Positions 9,665-19,777 are shown, counted from the first letter of the stretch. The stretch is 64,000 nucleotides of DNA from Thermoplasmatales archaeon (GCA_027310185.1 DAIDBH010000018.1:32001-96000); one strand, 5' to 3'. Notes: generated from the sequence alone by a model not told the origin. Translations and numbers: made by a program.

Positions 9665-10492
9665 TCATAAGGTAAACATTGATTTGTGTTTTTCATCCCA
9701 TGTCAATCCAAGCATCTCCTCAAGTGCCTGGACTACAGATGAATTATCAGGTAGCGGGTTAACAAGATATGACAGTTCTGAATTCCACTTCATCAGGCTG
9801 GAAGCTACCCTTATCTTTTCCCCAAGTTTTTTTCTGTCAAACTTTTCCCCATTCCTACTCATCTTCTCAATAACCATGGGCTCATCATATTTCACCTTCT
9901 TAAGGAACAGGAGAAAATAGAGATCATATATATCCCTGATCTTGTCCCTCTCAATAATCGATGCAACTTTTTCAGCGGCGATCTCCTCAAGCCTCATCAC
10001 CGGCACCAAGAACACTGGAATATCCTGGTAAGATGGCATCAGATATCTATTTTCTGACTCCATGAAGACATCTTTTCTCAGGCTTATATGAATCCTGATA
10101 TTCTGCATCTCTCCTGGGCTTTCATGAAGAGGTCCTTTTATCCTGAGTTCAAAGTTTATACCTGCAACGATCCCATTTTCACTGTTCCCCCTGTGTTCCA
10201 TCCTGTTTATTGTGTATTGTCGTCCAACACTTTCCATGATATTCTCAAACTTCCTGTTTATCCTCCCCCTCTCCCCGGAACTATTCTCTCCAGTGTATGA
10301 GAAATCTAGATCTTCTGAAAACCTGTTCAGGTTGTAGAAGTATTTCAGCGATGTCCCTCCCTTGAAAATCAGGGTATAATCGAATATCCGGTAAATCTCA
10401 AAGAGCAGAAGTGTAAGGAGATAGTCCTTTTCAAGCTGTCTTGTATCCCTGAATCTACGAGATTGCTCAAGAAGATCACCACGATCAATCAT
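9665..10492 (-). CDS. AbiEii/AbiGii family nucleotidyltransferase (type IV TA toxin)
   Basis: QLEKDY, IFKGGTSL..FY...RFSEDLDF, EKV.SI..R.K.RDIYDLY; ATG 1 nt after the upstream antitoxin stop. Confidence 0.9.
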   Translation of the reverse strand: MIDRGDLLEQSRRFRDTRQLEKDYLLTLLLFEIYRIFDYTLIFKGGTSLKYFYNLNRFSEDLDFSYTGENSSGERGRINRKFENIMESVGRQYTINRMEHRGNSENGIVAGINFELRIKGPLHESPGEMQNIRIHISLRKDVFMESENRYLMPSYQDIPVFLVPVMRLEEIAAEKVASIIERDKIRDIYDLYFLLFLKKVKYDEPMVIEKMSRNGEKFDRKKLGEKIRVASSLMKWNSELSYLVNPLPDNSSVVQALEEMLGLTWDEKHKSMFTL

Positions 10493-10493
10493 A

Positions 10494-11119
10494 TTACTCG
10501 GCTTCCATGCTTCCCATCTGATCCGCATGATCCAGCAGCAGTCGGAGTTTCTGGTCAATTCTTCCTGAATTCATCCTTTCTGCGTACTGTTCCAGCCTTT
10601 CCATGTTCAACATGGAATCCTGAAGGGCTGCTTCAAAAGCCTCCTTCACATACGAAAAGGGAGGTGTATTCAGATAAAGGGAGTCAAGAATTGCCTTTTC
10701 TACTGAGGCAATATACATATTCTGAATTTTCTGAAACCCAAAAAACCTTTCCCTCTAAACTGTCCTGAACTCAATCCTGTTGTCACCAAGGTTAATTTCC
10801 CTGTGCCTCTTGATTGATATGACACTGTACTTATCTACAATCTGGTCTGTAAGGGAATAGTACTGGAACGCTTAGAAAAGACTTATGTATGAAGGGTAAA
10901 CTACCTGCGACGCAATCTCATAAATATTAACCGGTGCTGTAGATTTTATGAAATACAATCCTCTTTTAATTCTTTCCACCTTCCTGTTGGCAGATAATAT
11001 CTTGGAAACATATTTCCTGGTTTTTTCATGAGCATTGCTGCATCGTTGAGTGTGAAAACAGTCTTCCCGTGTAACTGCAGTCCATCCATAATATCCTGGA
11101 TCCTGTTGTAAGACATCAT
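10494..11119 (-). pseudogene. AbiEi-type antitoxin, disrupted
   Basis: Reconstructed frame: MMSYNR..KTVFTLNDA / frameshift in A-run near 11021-11026 / VERIKRGLY..IASQVVYPSYISLF * (TAA 10872-10874) AFQYYSLTDQI..IEFRTV * (TAG 10755-10757) RERFFGF..IASVEKAILDSLY. Confidence 0.88.
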
Positions 11120-11298
11120 TAGCAACTATAATGTAAGATAATAACTTTTGTGTCACGTTATACCCAGAAATATGGTGATACTGTTACATGAAGTTCATCG
11201 TGACTGTAGCATCTATTCCAATGAGGTCCTGGATGTAAATACCGGTTATTTCCCACCAGATCTGAAATGCACACTTTCCCGTAATTCTCATTCATGCT

Positions 11299-11952
11299 TC
11301 ACTGAAATATATCCTCGAACTGCTTCTTAATGCTGGTAATGAACAGATCCCTTGAGACGGTACCACCAAACCTTGCCCTGTCAAAATCCGTGAACTGTGC
11401 CTCGATGGCATCCAGCTGGTTCACTGAATCTCTAAGTTCTTGCCTCCACTGTGAACTGCCAGTCTCAGGATGGGATACCAGTTCCTTAATCGTCCGGATC
11501 AGGTTTCCTTTGGCCACAATGCTTTCAGGTTCAGGCTTCCTCAGGCATGCTCCATAAAGACCAGATTTAAAGTCCATCCACATCTTCCCTGCATCCTCCT
11601 CACCTGTACCTGTGGCTTCAACATTCCCGAACCTGTATACGTATCCCGGTTTCTCTAGCACCTTTCTTGCATCCTGCAGGAACTCATCCCTGGGATTTGT
11701 GCCATTCCTCAGGCTTCTTCCAATGAGGACAACAATATATGGGGGAAACCATTTCTTTCCGTCCGGCGTCTCATAGGTAGGGTCCGGAAATTCTCCCGCA
11801 TCAGACCATTTAGTGATCATTTCTTCTGTGGTGCCGGATTTCTCCATAACTTCATCCAGGTTAAGGAAACTGCCACTTATCTGCTTCAGGTCTGACTGGC
11901 TGTATGCTTTATTTTCAACTTTTTTTCCATCCATGCTTTGCAATCTGTCCAT
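11299..11952 (-). CDS. DUF6058-like protein
   Basis: FP.P.Y...DG, W..F.SGLYGACLR, LR..V..LDAIE..F..FDR.RFGG.VSR...I match my recollection of DUF6058. Confidence 0.7.
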   Translation of the reverse strand: MDRLQSMDGKKVENKAYSQSDLKQISGSFLNLDEVMEKSGTTEEMITKWSDAGEFPDPTYETPDGKKWFPPYIVVLIGRSLRNGTNPRDEFLQDARKVLEKPGYVYRFGNVEATGTGEEDAGKMWMDFKSGLYGACLRKPEPESIVAKGNLIRTIKELVSHPETGSSQWRQELRDSVNQLDAIEAQFTDFDRARFGGTVSRDLFITSIKKQFEDIFQ

Positions 11953-12001
11953 GATATGTTAACTGATTCATATATAAGAAAAACATAATATGTGATCAAT
12001 A

Positions 12002-12718
12002 ATGGCTGGAAGTCAAATGAAAAAAATTTCTTCAGCAGATATCAGCAGGATCACAAGGGCAATATCACATCCTGAGAGGGCATCCATAATCGAGGTCCTC
12101 TCAGAAGGGAAGTGCAACGTTACGGGAATCGTGAAGAAGACAGGCATTGCACAGCCAAAGGTTTCCATGCACCTCTCCAGGTTACAGGATGCAGGCATCG
12201 TCGATTCCTCCAGATCAGGAAAGGAGATCACATACTCCATCGTCCCGGAAGCAATGGAAGATCTATCCTCATGGGCAGAGGAGCTTGCCGGGAAGGGGAA
12301 CAGCAACCATATTGACCCTGTGGCAGAACATTTATCACAAGACAGCTTTTCCTATGCAAGATGCTGCTATGACCACCTGGCAGGAAAAACAGGCGTATAC
12401 CTTCTGGAGGAACTTATCAGAAGAAATTGGATCAGGATAGAAAACAGCGAAAAACCAACCTATTCACTCACTGAACCTGGAGAAGAAAGCCTCAGGAATA
12501 TGGGTGTGGATATACCATTAAAAAGGAAGGGCGGGAGGATCTTTGCCTATGGCTGCAAGGATGTATCAGAGAGAAAACTGCATCTTGGCGGCTCCCTTGG
12601 ACATGCCATATTCCAGGACATGATAAGGAAGGGCATAATCCAGAGGTCTCCTGGAACAAGATCACTGAAGGTGAATTCCACTGTAGATGAATGGTTCTCA
12701 GGAAAGAGGATCAGGTAA
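12002..12718 (+). CDS. ArsR/SmtB family regulator, double-wHTH ARxCYDHLAG subfamily
   Basis: HP.R..I...L, S.HL.RL..AG.V...R.G...Y; ARCCYDHLAG..GV; C.D.SER..HLGG.LG. Confidence 0.88.
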   Translation: MAGSQMKKISSADISRITRAISHPERASIIEVLSEGKCNVTGIVKKTGIAQPKVSMHLSRLQDAGIVDSSRSGKEITYSIVPEAMEDLSSWAEELAGKGNSNHIDPVAEHLSQDSFSYARCCYDHLAGKTGVYLLEELIRRNWIRIENSEKPTYSLTEPGEESLRNMGVDIPLKRKGGRIFAYGCKDVSERKLHLGGSLGHAIFQDMIRKGIIQRSPGTRSLKVNSTVDEWFSGKRIR

Positions 12719-12845
12719 AAGTGATGGAAATAGCATGAGAAATACATATAGACTCTTCATTGGCGATCCTGAAAGATATAGTGGTCATTGTGAAGGAACC
12801 ATTTAATAATTAAATTGCGAGTTCAAGCACTCCCACCATTTCAGA

Positions 12846-15209
12846 TCAGAGCCCATAATGCCTGAATACATAGTTCTTTCCCAGATCGATTATTGCCATC
12901 GAGACGAAGGTAAGTGCAAGGACAAGCAGGACATCAATTATGGGGATGGCAGTAACCAGTATTCCGGCCCAAGAGATCAGGCTGATGAATATTAAATCAG
13001 CAACAGTCGCGGAAAGCAGCCATTTGCTTGGCCTTGAATTCCAGAATCTTCCCCTCTCCCTCACCATGTAGACTGTGAACTGGCCAGAGAAGACAAGCAT
13101 GTCAAATATGAATGTGTGAATCTGATCATTGCTGAGCCCAAGCCTCAAGCCTATGAGCAGGATGGCGAATGATTCCACGACTATGAGTATTGCAAGGCTG
13201 AATGATGATCCAACGAGGGACCGGACATTCCACTTCTCAGGATTTTTCGAGAACCTCACATTATCAGTTGCTATGGACATTGTCACGAAATCGTTTGCAA
13301 AGAGCAGCAGTATGACATCAAAGGGTGTGGTCACGAAGAACCTGAATATGAAGAATGAAGTTGTGAGGAATATGGCAACCTGCACCGTTTTTATGATCTT
13401 GTTCAGCGTGTATGTGAGCATCCTCTGGAAGATCTTCCTTCCGTCTTCAACAGCGCTCACAATATCGGTCAGGCCCTCATGGGTAAGCACTATGCTTGCA
13501 GATGCCTTTGCAACATCAGTGGCTGACGCAACTGCAATACCCACCTCAGCCTGCTTAAGTGCAGGTGCATCATTGACCCCATCACCCGTCATCCCTGTTA
13601 TGTGGCCCTCCTTCTGCAGGATCTTGACAATGGAGAACTTATCCTCAGGAAATACCTCCGCAAAGGCGTTGCAGTCATCGATCTTTGTCTTTCCAGAGAT
13701 CACGTCTGAGATCTTGCTCACATTCTGGCCTATATCAACCTCCCTTGCTATCTCTTCTGCTATGGGCGTTGAATCCCCGGTGATCATCCTTGGGGTTATT
13801 CCCATGGCCTTCAGCTTTCCTATGAGTTCCCTGGAATCGTCCCTTGGGGGATCATGCATGGGTATGAGCCCGCTGAATTTCCATGAACTGCCATCATTCA
13901 CGGCAACTGCGATTGTCCTGTAACCCCTCATGGAGAGCTCCTTCGCCTTTTCCATGACATCATTAACACTTACGCCAGGGCACATGGCTGCAATGACCTG
14001 TGGTGCACCCTTTGTAACCGTTATCATGTGATCAGATGTCTCAACCTTTGCCTCTGTCCTCTTTGTGGCAGGATCGAATGGTGTGAATTCCTTTACCTTG
14101 AATCCATCCATGCTTACTCCTGCCTTTTTTCCAAAACTGATCACTGCAAGATCTATGGAATCCATGCTTGATTCATCTGATGCAAGCATTGCGTACCTTG
14201 TGATCTCCTCCATGGTGGATTCAAAAAGTACAGGCTCCTGTACAGTCAGTTCGTTCCTGGTAAGTGTCCCGGTCTTGTCAAAGCATATGGAATCCATGGA
14301 GGCTGCGTCTTCAACAGCATTCAGCCTTGTCACCAGTGCACCCTTCTTTGAAAGATCGATTGCACCGTATGCCGTGGCAATGGTGAAAGTTGCTGGTAGG
14401 GCAACAGGTATGGATGCAATCAGGACAACCAGTGAAAATGGTACGGCTTCAACCAGCGGAACATTGTAGATGAATGAGAATATGACAAGCCCGATCACCA
14501 GGATTACATCTATGACTGCCAGGTATTTGACAATGCTGAGAATGAGCTTCTCCAGGTGTGATTCGGATTTTGCACTGCTCACAAGTTCCGCTGTATGGCC
14601 GAACAGTGTTTTTGCCCCTGTAGCAACCACAAGTCCTGTGACCTCTCCTTTCTTCACGACGGAACCTGAAAAAATCTCCCCGTCCACTCCTCTCCTGACA
14701 GCATTTGATTCCCCTGTGAGTGCGGACTGATCCACTTCCACACCCCCTCTCTCGATCTTCACATCTGCAGGAACGACGTCCCCCATCCTTATGTGGATCA
14801 CGTCTCCAGGAACAAGTTCCGTGGAGATCATCTGGTCCCATGCTCCATTCCTCAGCACCCTTGTCTTTACGGTGATCCTGCTCCTGAGCATCTCCACAGC
14901 ATCGCTTGCCCTTGATTCCTGGAAATAGCTGACGAAGCTGTTGAATACAAGCAGTGATAAGATGATATATGTATCAAGATCCTTGCCTATGAAAAATGTT
15001 ATAATGGCAGTGATCTCAAGCATCCATGGCACTGGAGCCCAGAACTTCTTCAGGAATTTCAGGACAGCATTCTCCTTCTTTTCCACAACCTCGTTCTTTC
15101 CGTACTGCTTCTGTCTCAATTCGACTTCAGCAGAAGTGAGGCCTGAAGGTGATGAACCAAGCTTGTCGTAGCATTCCTTTGTGGACAGTTTCTCGAACTC
15201 ATTATCCAT
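12846..15209 (-). CDS. P-type IIIA plasma-membrane H+-ATPase
   Basis: FW.P..WMLE, DQSALTGES, IPVALPA, CFDKTGTLT, PFDP..KRT, KGAPQ, DPPR, MTGDGVNDAPALK.A.VGIAV, TM6 LFANDF. Confidence 0.95.
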   Translation of the reverse strand: MDNEFEKLSTKECYDKLGSSPSGLTSAEVELRQKQYGKNEVVEKKENAVLKFLKKFWAPVPWMLEITAIITFFIGKDLDTYIILSLLVFNSFVSYFQESRASDAVEMLRSRITVKTRVLRNGAWDQMISTELVPGDVIHIRMGDVVPADVKIERGGVEVDQSALTGESNAVRRGVDGEIFSGSVVKKGEVTGLVVATGAKTLFGHTAELVSSAKSESHLEKLILSIVKYLAVIDVILVIGLVIFSFIYNVPLVEAVPFSLVVLIASIPVALPATFTIATAYGAIDLSKKGALVTRLNAVEDAASMDSICFDKTGTLTRNELTVQEPVLFESTMEEITRYAMLASDESSMDSIDLAVISFGKKAGVSMDGFKVKEFTPFDPATKRTEAKVETSDHMITVTKGAPQVIAAMCPGVSVNDVMEKAKELSMRGYRTIAVAVNDGSSWKFSGLIPMHDPPRDDSRELIGKLKAMGITPRMITGDSTPIAEEIAREVDIGQNVSKISDVISGKTKIDDCNAFAEVFPEDKFSIVKILQKEGHITGMTGDGVNDAPALKQAEVGIAVASATDVAKASASIVLTHEGLTDIVSAVEDGRKIFQRMLTYTLNKIIKTVQVAIFLTTSFFIFRFFVTTPFDVILLLFANDFVTMSIATDNVRFSKNPEKWNVRSLVGSSFSLAILIVVESFAILLIGLRLGLSNDQIHTFIFDMLVFSGQFTVYMVRERGRFWNSRPSKWLLSATVADLIFISLISWAGILVTAIPIIDVLLVLALTFVSMAIIDLGKNYVFRHYGL

Positions 15210-15210
15210 T

Positions 15211-15324
15211 CTACCAGTTCTCCATTACAGAATGGGTTATGGTGAGGGAACCATAATGGAACAAAGTTGAATTTGCAACGCGTTTCTGAATGATCTTTGA
15301 ATAAATTTTATCATGGCCCACCAT
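15211..15324 (-). CDS. Putative 37-aa leader or small peptide upstream of the H+-ATPase
   Basis: GGCAGGTGA SD-like sequence 3 nt before the ATG; TAG 1 nt before the ATPase ATG. Translation: MVGHDKIYSKIIQKRVANSTLFHYGSLTITHSVMENW. Confidence 0.35.
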   Translation of the reverse strand: MVGHDKIYSKIIQKRVANSTLFHYGSLTITHSVMENW

Positions 15325-15487
15325 TCTTCACCTGCCTTTAATATTTCATTATGATATTTTAACTATTGACCTGAGAAATAATGCTACAGGAAACTATTCA
15401 TATCACTCCATGAACAAAAGCTGTACAATTGAATCAGGAAAAATAAGAAATTTCCTGCATTGAAAATCCATTAAGGTTAATCGCAGG

Positions 15488-16048
15488 TCATGCAGTCCTG
15501 TTCCCGAATACACTCATGCCGGCGTCATATCCTTTCTTCAGCATGGTTGTGTTTCTTTCGGTATACCTGGCACCAAAGGCACCACTTACATATTTCATGG
15601 CATCATCAAAATGGATCTTCGGGTCCATGGAACTGATGAATCCAAGAAGGACCATGTTTATGCTTCCATTGGAATCATCACCTGCTATGGCCTGGCAGTC
15701 GACCCAGTAAACCTTCTTCCCATCCACCGTTTCAACAACAACTTCTCTGCCATTTTCATTCATCCTGTTTCCAACACATATGCCGTTCTTCTTCAGCACA
15801 TACATGTTTGAAAGCGCTTCAGTGGTCTTCATCCCGATCAGGACATCCGCCTCATTCTTTGTGAGTATGGGGGACTTTGCACCATCGTACTTTATGTCAG
15901 AGACAACACTGCCACCCCTCTGTGAAAGACCGTGTATTTCCGACATGACTGGGTCAAGCTTCTCATCCATAAGTATGGTGGAAATTGCCTTTGCAAGCGT
16001 GATCACTCCCTGGCCACCAACACCAGCTATCCTGTAGGATCCGGTCAT
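15488..16048 (-). CDS. iorB: Indolepyruvate:ferredoxin oxidoreductase beta subunit
   Basis: AGVGGQGVIT, SEIHGLSQRGGSV, NMVLLG; ATGA overlap with iorA. Confidence 0.9.
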   Translation of the reverse strand: MTGSYRIAGVGGQGVITLAKAISTILMDEKLDPVMSEIHGLSQRGGSVVSDIKYDGAKSPILTKNEADVLIGMKTTEALSNMYVLKKNGICVGNRMNENGREVVVETVDGKKVYWVDCQAIAGDDSNGSINMVLLGFISSMDPKIHFDDAMKYVSGAFGARYTERNTTMLKKGYDAGMSVFGNRTA

Positions 16049-17895
16049 TGTACCACCTCTATTGCCTTGAATGGACACACATATATGTCAGAACACATCC
16101 CGCATCCGTCACATTCTCCAGGATCAATGAATATGGTTCCATCGGGTTTCTCCTGGATTGCAGGGCAATGGAAATCATCAATGCAGTTCCTGCACAGGCT
16201 GCACTTTTCAGTGTTAATCTGATATTTCAGCCTCTGTGCCTTCTCCTCCCTGTTTATGAGTGCACATTCACCCCTTGTTATGACAACCGTGACACCTGTG
16301 GACTTGAGTGCCTTCATGGTTGTCAGCATGAGTTCCTTCTGGTTGTAGCTGCTTGCAGTAATTACATCCTTCACGCCGCATGCCCTGATCATTTCCTCCA
16401 GCGGGATTCCTGTGAACTCGGTGCCATTCACAACGGCATCCTTCTCAGGTGTTGGTTCCTGTCCAGTCATTGCAGTGGTGCCGTTATCCAGTATGAAGAT
16501 GAGCATGTTTGCCCCTGATCTCACCGCGTTAGCCAGTGCAGTTATGCCTGAATGGTAGAATGTTGAGTCCCCAATGAAGGATACAACCCTCTGGCCTGTT
16601 GCAAGGCTTATGCCTGATCCTGTGGAAATGGAGGCTCCCATGTCAAGCATTGTATCACCTGCAGAATATGGCTCATAATATCCAAGTGAATAACATCCAA
16701 TATCTGATGTTATGACAGTCTGTGGCTTTCCAGCAAGCTTCAATGCTCTCTTGATAGTGTAGAAAGAGGATCTGTGGGGGCATCCGGGGCAGAAATCTGG
16801 CCTTGATGCAGGCTTTGGAATGGATGTAACCTCAGTTTTCATGCCAAGCAGCTTCCTTATGCCGTTCTTCACAATATCAGGATTCATCTCATAGGACCAT
16901 GGCATGTATTCGTCCAGCTTTCCATGTATTACTGCACCACCACCAAGTATGTCCCTGTATGTCCTTATCTTTGTCTCCAGGTACGGATCCAGTTCCTCCG
17001 CTACAAGTATGACATCATTTTCCCTCATGAACTGGGCCGTTATCTCCTGCGGAATCGGGTTTGTAAGGCCGAGTTTCAGCACATTCATCTCTACACCAAG
17101 GGAAAAGATGGCATCTATTGACTGGTTATATGAAGATCCGGATGTGATTATGCCGATCCTGGAATCACCGTATCTCTCGATCCTGTTGAGCGAGGAGAAG
17201 AAGCTGTCATTGCCAAGGAGGGCCATCTTATGCAGCAGCTCATTCTTCAGGATACGGGCATTGGAAGGTATGGCAGTTGTCCTGTTCCTTATGCTCTTTA
17301 TGTCAATATCCTTCTTCTGTGCCTCCTTTATCTCGCCAAGTTCCACAGGAGCCCTCATATGGCTGACCCTTGTGGATGTCCTGTATAAAACTGGGATGGA
17401 ATACTTCTCTGAGATCTCAAAAACATATCTCACAAAGTCCTTGCACTCCTGTGGTGTTGAAGGTTCGACCATAGGAGCGTGGGCAAGATCAGCATATCTT
17501 CTCGAGTCCTGCTCATTCTGTGACGAGAACATTGATGGATCATCAGCCACCATGACCATCATGCCTGCACCCACTCCTGTATAAACAGAACTGACGAAAG
17601 GATCAGAAGCTACATTCAGTCCAACATGCTTCATGAATACAGATGATCTGAGTCCTGCGAGAGAAGCACCGTAGGCCGTTTCATATGCAACCTTCTCATT
17701 GATCGAATACTGGAAATATGACCCGTTCTTCTTTCCATCCCTTGCCATGACGTTTCCAATTTCGCTTGAAGGCGTTCCTGGATATGTCGCCGAAAATCCG
17801 TTTCCATTCTCCAGAAGCCCCCTGGCTATGGCTTCATTACCAAGCATGAGCTTCTTGCTGCCATTTTCAACCCTTAAGGTTTCAGAGAGAATCAT
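16045..17895 (-). CDS. iorA: Indolepyruvate:ferredoxin oxidoreductase alpha subunit
   Basis: LGNEAIARG, YPGTPSSE, NEKVA, MKHVGLNVA.D, SSQNEQD, FCPGCPHR, DIGCY, GDSTF TPP motif, two C-terminal 4Fe-4S motifs. Confidence 0.95.
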   Translation of the reverse strand: MILSETLRVENGSKKLMLGNEAIARGLLENGNGFSATYPGTPSSEIGNVMARDGKKNGSYFQYSINEKVAYETAYGASLAGLRSSVFMKHVGLNVASDPFVSSVYTGVGAGMMVMVADDPSMFSSQNEQDSRRYADLAHAPMVEPSTPQECKDFVRYVFEISEKYSIPVLYRTSTRVSHMRAPVELGEIKEAQKKDIDIKSIRNRTTAIPSNARILKNELLHKMALLGNDSFFSSLNRIERYGDSRIGIITSGSSYNQSIDAIFSLGVEMNVLKLGLTNPIPQEITAQFMRENDVILVAEELDPYLETKIRTYRDILGGGAVIHGKLDEYMPWSYEMNPDIVKNGIRKLLGMKTEVTSIPKPASRPDFCPGCPHRSSFYTIKRALKLAGKPQTVITSDIGCYSLGYYEPYSAGDTMLDMGASISTGSGISLATGQRVVSFIGDSTFYHSGITALANAVRSGANMLIFILDNGTTAMTGQEPTPEKDAVVNGTEFTGIPLEEMIRACGVKDVITASSYNQKELMLTTMKALKSTGVTVVITRGECALINREEKAQRLKYQINTEKCSLCRNCIDDFHCPAIQEKPDGTIFIDPGECDGCGMCSDIYVCPFKAIEVVQ

Positions 17896-18184
17896 GATTA
17901 TAAATACAACATGAAATTATTTCTAATACGAGGCTGACATATAAGGCTAATTCAGCATGATTATGATTCACACGAGTTCTATATTTCATTGAGAAATTCT
18001 ACACCTGTGAGATTTTATGCCATGAGAAACAGTCAATATCTTCCCACAGTATAATCGAAGCATTTGCTCGCATGTGGGTAAGGAAGGAATTATGACTCAA
18101 CAATATGCCTGCTGGAGCGAACCTAAGAGAACTCCCATTTATCAACTCCAGAAAAATTTAAGCCATGCCTGTTCATGTGAATAT

Positions 18185-19777
18185 ATGGCGCACAGGTATG
18201 AATTGACCATAGACAAGATACTGCTAAGTTCTGTGAGAAACAACCCTGATCAGGTCATTTCCTATCAGGGAAGGGAGAACATTACATATGAGGAATTCAA
18301 TGAGAGGGTAAGGAACCTTGCCTCATCACTCCTGAAACAGGGTGTAAGGAAGGGCGACAGGATCGCGGTTATTGACTGGGACACCACAAGATACCTTGAA
18401 GCGTATTATGCCATCCCAATGATCGGTGCAGTCCTTCACACCGTGAATATAAGATATCCTCCAGAGATGATATTCTATTCCATGCAGCATGCAGAGGATA
18501 CGTATGTTATAATAAGGGATGAGTTCGTTCCGCTCATTGCCCAGAACAAGGCCATGTTTTCATTCATCAGGAAGTGGATTGTGTATTCCGAAAAGGGAGA
18601 AATCCCAAAGACTCTTGAACCGGCTGTGAATTTTGACGATCTTGTGCAGAATCATGAGAGGGTGGAACTCCCGGAGATTTCAGAAGACACAGTTGCCACA
18701 ACATTCTACACATCAGGAACAACAGGACTGCCAAAGGGTGTTTCATTCACGCACAGGCAGATAGTTCTTCACGCACTTGCATCAATCGCCGGACTCAGTG
18801 ATCAGCCAATCAACCTAAGAAGCAGTGATGTGATGATGCCCCTTGTTCCCATGTTCCACGTTCATTCATGGGGAATTCCATATTCAACCATTATGAAGGG
18901 TATGAAGTATGTACTTCCAGGAAGATATGATGTTCCACTCATACTGAAGATCATGAAAAGTGAGAAGGTAACAGTCAGTGCAATGGTACCTTCCATAGTA
19001 TACATGATCATAAGCAACCCGGATGCTGCCGAATCACTGAAGGAAAACCACCTGAAAGTGATCGTGGGCGGAGGTGCCATTCCAGCAGGACTTGCGGAGA
19101 AGGCAAGAGCTGCAGGCATAGAAACCATAGCGGGATACGGAATGTCAGAAACTGCCCCGATCCTAACACTGGGAACATACACAAAAAAGGTCTTTGAGAT
19201 GGATGAAAAGAAGAAATCTGAATTCAGGATAAAGACCGGTGTGCCCATAAGTTTAGTAGATCTCAGGGTTGTGGATAAGGAAGGAAAGCAGGTTCCTTGG
19301 GATACAAAGTCCATAGGCGAGATAGTTGTAAGGGCACCCTGGCTCACGCAGGAATATGTGAAGGATAGGGAGGGAACTGAAAAACTATGGAAGAATGGCT
19401 GGATGCACACGGGTGACCTGGCAGTTGTTGACAGCTATGGGTACATCTCCATTGTGGACAGGGAAAAGGATGCGGTGAAGTCAGGTGGTGAATTCATCCC
19501 GACGCTTGTCCTGGAAGACCTGATCAGCACTGCTCCGGGCGTGAATGAAGTTGCCGTTGTGGGCAGGAGCGATGAAAAATGGGGAGAAAGGCCGGTTGCC
19601 TTCCTCACGGTCAATGAAAAATTCAACCTTGAGAATCTGAAGAAACATCTGGAATCATACGTAGAAGCAGGAAGGATAGCAAAATTCTGGCTGCCTGATG
19701 ATTACAAGGTGATAAAGGAATTCACCAAGACAAGCACTGGGAAGATTGACAAGAAGCCATTGAGAAAGAATCTCTAG
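18185..19777 (+). CDS. Fatty-acid/acyl--CoA ligase (AMP-forming)
   Basis: YTSGTTGLPKGV, PMFHVHSWG, GYGMSET, GWMHTGD, DR.KD.VKSGGE, KWGERP, KTSTGKIDKK. Confidence 0.93.
   Translation: MAHRYELTIDKILLSSVRNNPDQVISYQGRENITYEEFNERVRNLASSLLKQGVRKGDRIAVIDWDTTRYLEAYYAIPMIGAVLHTVNIRYPPEMIFYSMQHAEDTYVIIRDEFVPLIAQNKAMFSFIRKWIVYSEKGEIPKTLEPAVNFDDLVQNHERVELPEISEDTVATTFYTSGTTGLPKGVSFTHRQIVLHALASIAGLSDQPINLRSSDVMMPLVPMFHVHSWGIPYSTIMKGMKYVLPGRYDVPLILKIMKSEKVTVSAMVPSIVYMIISNPDAAESLKENHLKVIVGGGAIPAGLAEKARAAGIETIAGYGMSETAPILTLGTYTKKVFEMDEKKKSEFRIKTGVPISLVDLRVVDKEGKQVPWDTKSIGEIVVRAPWLTQEYVKDREGTEKLWKNGWMHTGDLAVVDSYGYISIVDREKDAVKSGGEFIPTLVLEDLISTAPGVNEVAVVGRSDEKWGERPVAFLTVNEKFNLENLKKHLESYVEAGRIAKFWLPDDYKVIKEFTKTSTGKIDKKPLRKNL

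Noticed and set aside
13129-17584. Long antisense ORFs (e.g. 13129-13923, 16904-17584; likewise 18862-19410 and 48541-49281)
   Set aside because: They are shadows of well-supported genes on the opposite strand, with Ser/Phe-rich non-protein-like composition.
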